From Macrostomum lignano (taxonomy: Eukaryota), in NCBI GenBank assembly GCA_002269645.1, contig NIVC01000392.1, positions 558,001-622,000 of the forward strand: a stretch of 64,000 bases of DNA. The letters run 5' to 3'. Position numbers and translations under genes: made by a program. A model generated the notes under the pieces. The model did no database searches and was not told the DNA's origin. It worked only from the letters and a program-made list of their open reading frames with translations. Positions 11,471 through 21,662 of this stretch are shown here, piece after piece. How positions within the stretch are numbered: the stretch's first letter is position 1; the number at the start of each line of letters is the position of its first letter.

Positions 11471-14400
11471 TTAGTGTCTGCTTCCCCACTGCTGGAGCAG
11501 GTCGGACACTTGACAGGTCCGGTACCTGACAGGCGGGCGGATGGGGCGTCCGTACCTGGATCTGGGTACGTCAGCCGGGGCTGGTGGCTCAGCTGCTTGC
11601 GCAGCGACTGGATTCGCAGCAATCTCAGGTGGTTCTATTTGCTCGGAGGAAGGGTCCCCCAAGGAAGCCGTGTACAGCGACTCTGAGCTGTCTTGGCTGT
11701 GGCTGGTGTCAGTGTCTGTGCTGTCAGTGTCAGTGTCTGGTTGTGGCTGTCCCTCAATAGCTACAGCATCGCCAGCTTCGGCGAATGGTTGGCCTTCTCC
11801 CGCTTCAGCTCCCGCCCCCTCCTCAAAGGCGCCTGAAGCTGGCGGCGGTGGATTTGGCCCTGGCGCTCTGCGTGGGCTCTCTGGCCGGGCAGAGGAAGGC
11901 TGGGGAATGGTGACGAGGCTAAGCTCGCTCGCGGGTCCGCTGGGCGGGTTCACACTAGGCGCTGGAGACCTGGCATGGGTGGCCTCACCATACCGGTCAA
12001 CTACGTCTTGGTAAGTGGGCTGTCTGATGCACGGTTTGAGGCGGTCAATGTTGTAAATGTTATGGCGCGGATTTGGCACCCGATCTGCTGGGTTTAGGAG
12101 ACCATACTCGGGGACTAAACGGTAAGTTCGCTCGGAGCAGCGCTGCACTACTCGGTATGGCCCCAACCACACAGCGGGTTCTATGCCCTTGTGGTTCGGG
12201 TTCAAGACCCAGACTAACTCTCCCTCGTGGAACTCAGCGCGGAGGGCGCGGCGGTCGTAATACCTTTTCTGCCTCTCCTGGGCTTTACCCCTAGTGCGGC
12301 GGGCTAGGGCAGAGGTTTCGACTAGCGTGCGGTGCAACTGGTGGGCGCACCTCTCCGGCTGGTAGTGTTCATTTGGCGGTGGATTGTGACAGAGGTCGAG
12401 CGGTAGTTCGAACTCACGCCCGAAGAAAAGTTTGGCTGGGGTAAATCCGGTGGATTCGGCGACTGTGGCACGGATTGACAGGGCGGCCAGGCGGCTGGCA
12501 AGGGGCCAGTCGCATTGTCTCTCAAGACAGATGGCTCTAATCTGGGCTTTCACCGTCTGGATCATCCTCTCAGCTTTACCGTTAGCCTGAGGGCGACGGG
12601 CTGTGATCCGACCCATGTCAATCTGTAGGAGCCTAGTTAATTCTATCATGGTACTATTGATGAAGGCAGTTCCGTTATCAGACACCAGCTGCTCCATCAC
12701 CCCATACCTGGCAACCCATTCAGTCAGGATGGTTGTGGCAGTGGTCTCTGCGCTGACGTCGGGAACAGGGACTACTTCAACAAACCCGGTGAACCTGTCG
12801 ATCATAACCAGCAGGTACTTGTACCCGTCACACTCTTCGAACGGGCCTGCGTGGTCCACGTGGACAACCTGGTTCGGGTAGCCGGACAGTTCTGGTTGCA
12901 TAGGGGCCTTGAGCTTACGCTTTGACTTCTTAGTCTTAGCGCAAACGGTGCATTCGGCCAGGACCCCCTTGACTATAGTATCTAAGTCGGAAATAACGAA
13001 GCGCGCCTTCAGGGCGGCCATCGTCTTGGTGATACCGCAATGGTTCAACTGGCCATGATACTGAAGGACTAGATGACTGACGTCTGCGGTCTCAGGTACC
13101 ACCAGGCGTCTGTTGGCAGATTTGGCTTTGGAAGGTTTGGCTAAGTACAATAGACCCTCGACTACTTCAAGGTCATTGAATTGAGCCCAGAGTGAGCGTA
13201 TTTCCCGGCTACAACCCTGCAGTTCAGCCTTGGACAATGGCTCAGCCTTACCCTGGACACTGGCGATTAAGCGCGCCAGGTCAACACAGGAGTCCTGGGC
13301 GTTCTGGGCCCAGATGAGCTCAGGTGGCACTTGGGATTCGGTTTCAGGTTCACGGGATTCAGTCTCTGGGCTAGGGACAGCACCGCTAGCAGTAGCGCGG
13401 ACATTCGGCGTTGGTTCAGCCGGGGCATCTGTGTCAGTCTGACACGCTACGCTAATGCCTATGGTCTGGACGCACACCTGTCGCAGTTCTCTAGAGGGGG
13501 GCGTACGCCGGTGCTTTGGGTCTTGGTCCAGGAATTTCCCCTTAAATTCTGGAATCTGGCTGCACGTCGGGCAGTCAAAGTGATCGGCTCTGAATTTTGG
13601 CAGTCTGCTAAGAGCGTCAGCAGGCACGTGGTCAACGCCTGGACGGTACTGGACTGTGAAATCGTATTCGGCTATTCGTTCTAGAGTGGACTGCTGGACC
13701 TTCAGCGGGTACAGTTTAATGGTGGCAAGCCATTGGGCCAGCATACCAGTGGCATGCTTCTTAGAATGCAGCCATTTGAGCGCGGCCGCGTCCACCCGGA
13801 CAGTGAAAGGCTTGTCTAATAGATAAGGACGGAAATGCTCGAGCATCAGAACGAGCCCTAGCAACTCCCTCATGGTGGCGCAGTAGTTTCTCTGGCTACT
13901 GTTGAATTTTTTGGATGCGTAAGCTATAACTTGCTCTTGGCCATCTGGCCCGAGCTGGTACAGCACACCCCCGGTGCCGTCAAGCGAGCTATCGCAGTCC
14001 AAAATAAATTCGCGCCCCTTGGCAGAGAGGTCTGGATACGCCAGAATCGGTGGTGAACAGAGACTATGTTTGAGTTCTTGGAAAGCCCGTTCATGATGCG
14101 ATTGCCATAGGAACGGAGCATCCTTTTTGGCTAAGGCATACAAAGGCGTGGCGATGATTGAGAATCGCGGCACAAATTTCCGGTAATAATTCGCAAATCC
14201 CAAGAATGATAGAAGCTGTTTCTTAGAAAGCGGTTTAGGCCAGTCTTGAACAGCGTGAGTCTTCGCTGGGTCAGCCTCAATGCCCCGGCTAGACACAACG
14301 AACCCCAGGAATGCGACCTTGTCCTTAAACAGCTCACACTTAGACGGCTTAATTTTGAGACCGGCTTTTCTAAGCTGCCAGAGGACCAGCGCGAGATGCG

Positions 14401-17272
14401 CGATCATTTGGTCATTGTTGACAGCCTTAATGATAATGTCGTCTAAATAGATGAGGCTGACCTTCATCAGGAGAGGTCTAAACACCTTGTGCATCAGTTT
14501 CGCGAAATTGGCAGGTGCCGTCTTGATCCCGAATGGTACTACCTTCCAGCGGAAGGTGCCTTGGGGGCAGGCAAAGGCGGTGTAATCTCTAGCCTCCTCT
14601 TTGATCCCTACCTGCCAGTACGCGGAGGTCAGGTCAAGGCTAGAGAATACAGTGGCCCCGGCAAGGCTGTCAAAAGATTCTTCTATGAGTGGCAGGGGGA
14701 AGCTACACGGCTTGATGAGCTTATTGACGGCCCTATAGTCTATGCAAAGGCGTTGAGTGCCGTCCTTCTTCTTGACTAGAACGATAGGGGACACCCAGTC
14801 GGAGTCACATTCCTCGATGACCCCTTGCTCGAGCATCTGCGCTATGTTCTGATCTAGGAATTCCTTTTGGGCTGGCGTAGTGCGCCTGTATGGTTGCGCA
14901 ACAGGCTTGGCCTTGGGATCTATTAATTCTATGCCCATCTCGTGTAATGTGGTATGGCCTAAATCTGCGTTTGATCTAGAAATTTGGCTATTGAAGTAGT
15001 TGAGCAGTTTCAATACGGTGGCGAGTTGGCCCCTAGACAATTTGGCTTGGTCTAGTTGGAACTGCGTTGTCAGCCATTTGGCTAACTCCCTACTAGGCGG
15101 CGGCAGCTTACTGAGTTGGCTGGTGAGGTTAGCTACATTGTCCAGGCTAAAGTCAGACTCCTTCAGGGTCGTCTGAGCTATGACCTCATGACTATCTAAT
15201 TCCTGGAATGAGGCAATTTCTTGCCCCCTAGTTATCTGAATAGGCTGTTCCCCACTGTTGAGCACGCGCACTAGTATGTGGTTAGTATCGCTAACTGAGT
15301 CTAGAGTCTTGGCTACCAACTGTTCGGTCTCTGGTCCGAGGATCCGGGACATGACTATACCGGAGGTGTACGGCGAAGAGTCGAGGACACGACTGGGGAT
15401 CAAGGTTTCCGAGTGCGGGGGCAATTCTACGGTGCCGGCGGCCATCACTCGTCGGAGTTGGAAAATCCCCTTGTCCCCCTCAATGACTGGTACCGACACC
15501 CCTGCTACTAAAGCTCGGCCAGAGTTGAAGTCTAGCAGCATCTCGAAGCTGCGCAGGAAATCCATGCCTAACAGGGCTTCCGTGGTACAGTAAGCAGTGA
15601 CTAGGAATACATGTTGTTTAGTCGTATTACCTAAGTTGATTTCGCAGCGTAGCGACCCTAGGATGTCTACCTGAGAGCCGCCGAAGGCGGTGGCACGCTG
15701 CTTATTGGCACTAGGCGTGAATATGTTATTGACGGGGTCAGCTGCGACCAGTTTAGCTTTCACGTCAGCACCCATGATGCTGGCATTGGCGCCTGAGTCT
15801 AGACAGGCCAGAACCTTAGAGTCTCCTACTCCTAGCTGCACGAAATAGCTAGACTCAAAGGTGTCAGCTGTGTACCCCCCTTGTCGGCATTGTGGATCAC
15901 TGTCCCCTGGCTGAGGTTGCACATTACAGGCCTTGTCGTGCTGGCGCCCGGGGTCGACCTGGCGCTGGAATTTCACCCTAGTCCCCCTAAGGCGGTGCTG
16001 CTCGACTAGGCTACGCAGGCTGGGAGACAGTTGGCTAATGTGAACGAACAATTTCTCTGGCAGGTGCTCAGATTGGATGAACCCGTAATTCTGAGACCAT
16101 GTGGCAATGGTTCCTAGTTCAGTCGTGACTTTTCCACGGCTGGGCTGCTGATTTTGGTTCCCCCGGGGCTGCTTTGGCGACTGTGGCCTCGGCGAGGGCG
16201 ATGGACAGTCAGCGATCAGGTGATCGGTCTGGCCGCATCGGTGGCAAGCCCGCGGAGGGCGAGGAGCTGGCCTAGGTTGTCTATAGGTTTGGCTAACTTG
16301 TGGTGGGCCCCCAGTGGGCTCTGTGCGAGCGGGCCCCTGATTGGTAGTGACAGGCGGAGTGGTCTGGCTTAATCTATTGGCTTGGTCGGTCACCATCTTC
16401 TCAAGCTCAGCGACCCTCTGTTCTAACGCTTTCTTCTCAGCGTCAGGTTCTATGGCACGAACCTTGGCTATAGTAGAAGGCACGTTCAGAAGCTGGCGGA
16501 CCCCGACAAGATCTTTGGCCTTCTGCATCAGCTCTTCTGCAGAGGTGGCACTGTCGGTTTCCTGATCCCATAAGAGGAGCTTTTCGGCGAGGTCCTTATC
16601 CCTCAGCCCATGGCAGAATCTGGCCTTGAGTAGGGGCTTCGCTTCAGCGAGCGAGAGACCCGCTAGTCTAGAATAGGAGACCAGTCTGTCGAAGAAATCA
16701 GACATCTGCTCATTATGAGATTGGGCGGCAGCAACTAATTCTACGTAGGCCTTGTCCTTCTTCTTGGCATCGGTGTACCTTTCCCTGAGCAGCCGAAGCG
16801 CAGATTCGAAAGGCAACTGGTCACACCGGTAATTAAGATATACCTCTTGGCATTCGGCTGACAGCAAAGATACGAGAATGGCGGACTTCTGGTCCTCAGG
16901 AACGCGGCAAGTGGCTAGATACGAAGTAAGCTGAGCTTCCCACGTATCAAAGTTCATCTTCGGCTGATAAGCGATTGGAGGGCGAAGGCGTATGTCTGGC
17001 TTCGCAGGCGGCGAGGAATTTGGCGCTGACGGCGAGGAAACGGCGAGACGCTCTTCGAGCATCCGGTGAAGAGAGGCTAAGGTTTGAGTCAACAAGAGTT
17101 GCTCACTAGGAGCTGGCGCGGCGGCAGCAGCTGCACCTGCTGGCTGCTCACCGGCATCGACTGCGTCCTGATCTGGCACGACGGCATCTCCGTCAGCCAA
17201 TGACGCTGCAGCGTGGTTGCATCCAGTTGCATCCAGTAAGCATCCCCCAGATAGCAAGTATCCACCAGACAA
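11471..17272 (-). CDS. Gypsy gag-pol polyprotein: Gag, CCHC knuckle, cold-shock domain, aspartic protease, dUTPase-like relic, RT, RNase H, integrase
   Basis: Stop-free 1933-aa ORF with CHRCGQTDHLIADC, LDSGA, IYLDDII, CDSS RNase H motif, H-H-C-C integrase zinc finger, D-D-E core (HVDHAGP/SDNGTAF/AERMIQ) and WLGPY. The first ~11 codons come from the neighbouring repeat element, so the listed start is not native. Confidence 0.95.
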   Translation of the reverse strand: MSGGYLLSGGCLLDATGCNHAAASLADGDAVVPDQDAVDAGEQPAGAAAAAAPAPSEQLLLTQTLASLHRMLEERLAVSSPSAPNSSPPAKPDIRLRPPIAYQPKMNFDTWEAQLTSYLATCRVPEDQKSAILVSLLSAECQEVYLNYRCDQLPFESALRLLRERYTDAKKKDKAYVELVAAAQSHNEQMSDFFDRLVSYSRLAGLSLAEAKPLLKARFCHGLRDKDLAEKLLLWDQETDSATSAEELMQKAKDLVGVRQLLNVPSTIAKVRAIEPDAEKKALEQRVAELEKMVTDQANRLSQTTPPVTTNQGPARTEPTGGPPQVSQTYRQPRPAPRPPRACHRCGQTDHLIADCPSPSPRPQSPKQPRGNQNQQPSRGKVTTELGTIATWSQNYGFIQSEHLPEKLFVHISQLSPSLRSLVEQHRLRGTRVKFQRQVDPGRQHDKACNVQPQPGDSDPQCRQGGYTADTFESSYFVQLGVGDSKVLACLDSGANASIMGADVKAKLVAADPVNNIFTPSANKQRATAFGGSQVDILGSLRCEINLGNTTKQHVFLVTAYCTTEALLGMDFLRSFEMLLDFNSGRALVAGVSVPVIEGDKGIFQLRRVMAAGTVELPPHSETLIPSRVLDSSPYTSGIVMSRILGPETEQLVAKTLDSVSDTNHILVRVLNSGEQPIQITRGQEIASFQELDSHEVIAQTTLKESDFSLDNVANLTSQLSKLPPPSRELAKWLTTQFQLDQAKLSRGQLATVLKLLNYFNSQISRSNADLGHTTLHEMGIELIDPKAKPVAQPYRRTTPAQKEFLDQNIAQMLEQGVIEECDSDWVSPIVLVKKKDGTQRLCIDYRAVNKLIKPCSFPLPLIEESFDSLAGATVFSSLDLTSAYWQVGIKEEARDYTAFACPQGTFRWKVVPFGIKTAPANFAKLMHKVFRPLLMKVSLIYLDDIIIKAVNNDQMIAHLALVLWQLRKAGLKIKPSKCELFKDKVAFLGFVVSSRGIEADPAKTHAVQDWPKPLSKKQLLSFLGFANYYRKFVPRFSIIATPLYALAKKDAPFLWQSHHERAFQELKHSLCSPPILAYPDLSAKGREFILDCDSSLDGTGGVLYQLGPDGQEQVIAYASKKFNSSQRNYCATMRELLGLVLMLEHFRPYLLDKPFTVRVDAAALKWLHSKKHATGMLAQWLATIKLYPLKVQQSTLERIAEYDFTVQYRPGVDHVPADALSRLPKFRADHFDCPTCSQIPEFKGKFLDQDPKHRRTPPSRELRQVCVQTIGISVACQTDTDAPAEPTPNVRATASGAVPSPETESREPETESQVPPELIWAQNAQDSCVDLARLIASVQGKAEPLSKAELQGCSREIRSLWAQFNDLEVVEGLLYLAKPSKAKSANRRLVVPETADVSHLVLQYHGQLNHCGITKTMAALKARFVISDLDTIVKGVLAECTVCAKTKKSKRKLKAPMQPELSGYPNQVVHVDHAGPFEECDGYKYLLVMIDRFTGFVEVVPVPDVSAETTATTILTEWVARYGVMEQLVSDNGTAFINSTMIELTRLLQIDMGRITARRPQANGKAERMIQTVKAQIRAICLERQCDWPLASRLAALSIRATVAESTGFTPAKLFFGREFELPLDLCHNPPPNEHYQPERCAHQLHRTLVETSALARRTRGKAQERQKRYYDRRALRAEFHEGELVWVLNPNHKGIEPAVWLGPYRVVQRCSERTYRLVPEYGLLNPADRVPNPRHNIYNIDRLKPCIRQPTYQDVVDRYGEATHARSPAPSVNPPSGPASELSLVTIPQPSSARPESPRRAPGPNPPPPASGAFEEGAGAEAGEGQPFAEAGDAVAIEGQPQPDTDTDSTDTDTSHSQDSSESLYTASLGDPSSEQIEPPEIAANPVAAQAAEPPAPADVPRSRYGRPIRPPVRYRTCQVSDLLQQWGSRH
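15917..16120 (-). other. Cold-shock (CSD/OB-fold) domain within the Gypsy polyprotein (aa ~385-452)
   Basis: ELGTIATWSQNYGFIQSEHLPEKLFVHISQL...RGTRVKFQRQVDPGRQHDKACNV: RNP1-like YGFI, RNP2-like LFVHIS, CSD-like spacing and C-terminal A.NV. Confidence 0.8.
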
Positions 17273-17344
17273 TAAGTAGCTAGTGCGACAATTTTCTTAG
17301 CATTTTATTGGCTGCTTTAAAATTCGCTTACTTTTACGTTTGAA

Positions 17345-19355
17345 ATGGTGTATCTTTTATGTTTGATACGGTGGCTTTTCAATGTCTGACATGGTGGCTG
17401 TTCTATGTTTGACGTTGTGGCTCTTCTATGTTTGACATTGTGGCTCTTCTACGAGCTATGTTTGACAAAGTGGCTTTTTAATGTTTGACATGGTGGCTCT
17501 TAAATATTAGACATGGTGGCTTTTTATGTTCGACATGGTGGCTCTTTTTTGTTTAACATGGTGGCTCTTTAATATTCTACATGGTGGCTCTTTAATGTTC
17601 GACATGGTGGCTCTTTAATGTTCGACATGGTGGCTCTTTAATGTTCGAAATGGTGGCTCTTTTATGTTTGACAAAAAGTCACATATATGTTTGACCTGGT
17701 GGCTCCTAAATGTTTGACATGGTGGCTCTTAAATGTTTACCATGGTGGCTCTTTAATGTTCTTTATGGTGGCTCTTTAATATTCTAAATGGTGGCTCTTT
17801 AATGTTCTACATGGTGGCTCCTTAATGTTCGACATGGTGGCTCTTTTATGTTCGACATGGTGGCTCTTTTTTTGTTCTACATGGTAACTCTTTTATGTTT
17901 GATACGGTGGCTTTTTAATATCTGACATGGTGGCTCTTTTATGTTTGACATGGTGGCTCTTCTATGTTTGACATGGTGGCTCTTTATTTTTTGACATGGT
18001 GGCTCTTTAATGTTTTACATAGTGGCTCTTTTATGTTTGACATGGTGGCTCCTAAATGTTTGACATGGTGGCTCTTTTATGTTTGACATAGTGGCTCTTT
18101 AATGTACGACATAATGGCTCTTTAATGTTTGACAATGTGGTTCTTTAATGTTTTACATGGTCGCTCTTTTATGTTCGACATGGTGGCTCTTTTATGTTCG
18201 ACATGGTGGCTCTTCAATGTTTTACATGGTGGCTTTTTTATGCTTGACATGGTGGTTCTTTAATGTTTGACATGGTGGCTCTTTTTTGCTTAACATGGTG
18301 GCACTTTTATGTTTGACATGGTGGCTCTTTAATGTTTAACATGGTGGCTCTTTAATGTTAGACATGGTGGCTCTTTAATTTTTGACATGGTGGCTCTTTA
18401 ATGTTCGACATGGTGGCTCTTTAATGTTTGACATAAAGTCACATATATGTTTGACATGGTGGCTCCTAAATTTTTGACATGGTGGCTCTTTATGATTGAC
18501 ATGGTGGCTCTTTATGTTCGACACGGTGGCTCTTTAATGTTTGACATGGTATAGCTCTTTTATGTTAGACATGGTGGCTCTTTAATGTTGACCTGGTGGC
18601 ACTTTACTGTCTGCAATGATGGCTCTTTAATGTTTGACTTGATGGCTCTTTAATGTCTGACATGGAGTCACGTATATGTTGGACATGGTGGCTCTTTAAT
18701 GTTCGACATGGTGGCTCTTCAATGTTTTACATGGTGGCTCTTTTATGCTTGACATGGTTGCTTTTTAATGTTCGACATGGTGGCTCTTTTATGTTTGACA
18801 TGGTGGCTTTTTTATGCTTGACATTGTGGCTCTTTAATGTTTGACATGGTGGCTCTTTTTTGCTTAACATGGTGGCACTTTTATGTTCGACATGGTGGCT
18901 TTTTTATGTTGGCATGGTGGCTCTTTGATGTTCGACATGGTGCATGGCTCTTTTATGTTTGGCATGGTGGCTCTTTTTTGCTTAACACGGTGGCTCTTTA
19001 TTGTTTGATATGGTGGCTCTGCAATGTTCGACATGGAGTTACGTATATGTTTGACATGGTGGCTCTTTTATGCTGACATGGTGGCTCTTTAATGTTCGAC
19101 ATGGTGGCTCTTTTATGTTGGCATGGTGGCTCTTTAATGTTCGACATGGTGGCTCTTTTATGTTTGGCATGGTGGCTCTTTTATATTCGACATGGTGGCT
19201 CTTTAATGTTTAACATGGTGGATCTTTTATGTTTGACAAGGTGGCTCTTTTATGTTTGACATGGTGGCTCTTTAATGTTCGACATGGTGGCTCTTCTATG
19301 TTTGACATGGTAACTCTTTTATGTTCGTTGTGTTGGCTCTTCTATGTTTGACATT
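17345..19355. repeat. 23-bp satellite array (consensus TTTGACATGGTGGCTCTTTAATG)
   Basis: Direct tandem periodicity of 22-23 bp with scattered substitutions. Confidence 0.97.
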
Positions 19356-19420
19356 GCGCTTCTTTGATGTTTAGCAGTTTTGTTGTGTTTTTAAGGTGTT
19401 TTGATAAAAAAAATCTTTTT

Positions 19421-19483
19421 GCACTACTAAGATTCGAACCCAGGTCGCTACATTAGCAGTCCAGTCTGTTCGCATCAGGGCTA
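19421..19483 (-). other. tRNA-derived fragment inside the Helitron-like unit (second copy ~25000-25060)
   Basis: Minus strand ...GGACTGCTAATGTAGCGACCTGGGTTCGAATC...: B-box and a Ser(GCT)-like anticodon arm, followed by a T-run; no full cloverleaf. Confidence 0.55.
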
Positions 19484-20099
19484 TCTCTTTTCAATTGGAA
19501 AACATGAATTGTGGCCTTTATAATTCAATTCTTACAGCAAGTCAATTGGAGTAAAAAGTTATGACATAATAAATTTCTCAGTCAGCCAGTATCAGTCTCA
19601 ATTTAAGTTAGCAATATGGTTACGCAATTTCAATCAAGTCGTGTGTGCATTTCTTCGGCACTGTTTTCAACTTGTTGTGATGCAATCTTTATCACAATCG
19701 GAATTCAGTCAGTCAGTTTTTTTCTCTAGCATTCTTACAATGCATTTCAAGTCGAAAAGTTTGCTTGACCTTTGCAAAAAAGCATGTTTTTCGAATATTT
19801 AATCCCTTTAACATTGAGCAATTTCTTAGCCAAGATGCATGTACCGTCCCAGGAAAATTTCTGATCAAATGGTGCAAGTTTGAAGAAAATCGGTTAAGCC
19901 ATTTTTTCTGAAATCAATCGCATACCCATATACAGACAACTCATTTTTAGTATATAGGACTAGCAATCTTCGCCCCCCGTTGGGGGACATCTGTATAGAA
20001 CCTCTGTTCTCTACAAGTAACAAAAAGATAGCCAAAAAAGGCCTTCACAAAAAAAAACAGACAAAATACTCAAAGGAAGCAAAAAGAAATCATCCCAAG

Positions 20100-20525
20100 A
20101 CAGCAAGCATCCCCCAGATAGCAAGCATCTTCCAGATTACAAGCAACCCCCAGATAGCAAGCATCCCCCAGATAGCAAGCATCCCCCAGATAGCAAGCAT
20201 CCCCCAGATAGCAAGCATCCGCCAGATAGCAAGCATCTTCCAGATAGCAAGCATCCGCCAGATAGCAAGCATCTTCCAGATTACAAGCAACCCCCAGATA
20301 GCAAGCATCCCCCAGATAGCAAGCATCCCCCAGATAGCAAGCATCCCCCAGATAGCAAGCATCCCCCAGATAGCAAGCATCCGCCAGATAGCAGGCATCT
20401 TCCAGATTACAAGCAACCCCCAGATAGCAAGCATCCCCCAGATAGCAAGCATCCCCCAGATAGCAAGCATCCGCCAGATAGCAAGCATCCCCTACATAGA
20501 TAGCATCCCCAAATAGCAAGCATCC
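20100..20525. repeat. 18-bp tandem repeat (CAGATAGCAAGCATCCCC)
   Basis: Direct periodicity; gives the spurious PQIASI ORFs. Confidence 0.97.
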
Positions 20526-21662
20526 ACCAGACAATAAGTAGCTAGTGCGATAATTTCCTTAGCATTATAGTGGCTCCTTTAAAATTCGCTTACTTTTATG
20601 TTTGAAATTTTGTAAATTTTATGTTTGACATGGTGGCTGTTTTAAGTTCTACATGGCAACTGTTTTATGTTTGAAACGATGGCTTTTTAATGTCAGACAT
20701 GGTGGCTCTTTTATGTTTGACATGGTGCCTCTTTATTGTTTGACATGGTGGCTCTTTAATGTTTAACCTGGTGGCTCTTTTATGTTTGAAACAGTGGCTC
20801 TTTTATGTTTGACACAGTGACTCTTTAATGTTCGACAAAGTGGCTATTTAATGTTTGACAAGGTGGCTTTTAAATGTTTGACATGGTGGCTCCTTAATGT
20901 TCGAGAAAGTGGCTCTTTAATGTTTTTCATGGTATAGCTCTTTTATGTTCGACATGGTGGCTCTTTTAGGTTTGACATGGTGGCTCTTTTAGGTTTGACA
21001 TGGTGGCTCTTTTAGGTTTGACATGGTGGCTCTTAAATGTTTGACATGGTGGCTCTTAAATGTTTGACATGGTGGCTCTTTAATGTTCGAGATAGTGGCT
21101 CTTTAATTTTTTTCATGGTATAGCTCTTTTATGTTCGACATGGTGGCTCTTTTAGGTTTGACATGGTGGCTCTTTTATGTTCGACATGGTGGCTCTTTTA
21201 GGTTTGACATGGTGGCTCTTTTAGGTTTGACATGGTGGCTCTTAAATGTTTGACATGGTGGCTCTTAAATGTTTGACATGGTGACTCTTTAATGTTTCAA
21301 ATGGTGGCTCTTTAATGTTTTACGTGGTGGCTCTTAAATGTTTGACATGGTGGCTCTTAAATGTTTGACATAGTAGCTCTTTAATATTCTACATTGTGGC
21401 TCTTAAGTGTTCGAAATTGTGGATCTTTTAGGTTTGACATGATGGCTGTTTAATGTTCAACATAGTGGCTCTTTTATGTTTAACATGGTGGCTCTTAAAT
21501 GTTTGACATGGTGGCTCTTTAATGTTCGAAATGGTGGCTCTTTTGTTTTACATGGTGGCTCTTTAATGTTTGACATGGTGGCTCTTTAATGTTTGACATA
21601 AAGTCACTTATATGTTCGAAATGGTGGCTCTTTTAGGTTTGACATGGTGGCTCTTTTAGGTT

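Larger units (their letters stand above)
8849..17238 (-). mobile_element. Ty3/Gypsy LTR retrotransposon, 5' LTR missing
   Basis: gag-pol ORF with domain order PR-RT-RH-IN; polypurine tract (minus GGAAGGGAGGCGGG, 9669-9682) abuts an 820-bp TG...CA LTR; no second LTR copy right of the ORF. Confidence 0.93.
17239..19959 (-). mobile_element. Non-autonomous Helitron-like unit 1 (3' end lost), carrying the 23-bp satellite
   Basis: Minus-strand 5' terminus TCCTATATACTAAAA at 19959; colinear with unit 2 (18-bp repeat remnant, satellite, tRNA-like piece, terminal module). Confidence 0.75.
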
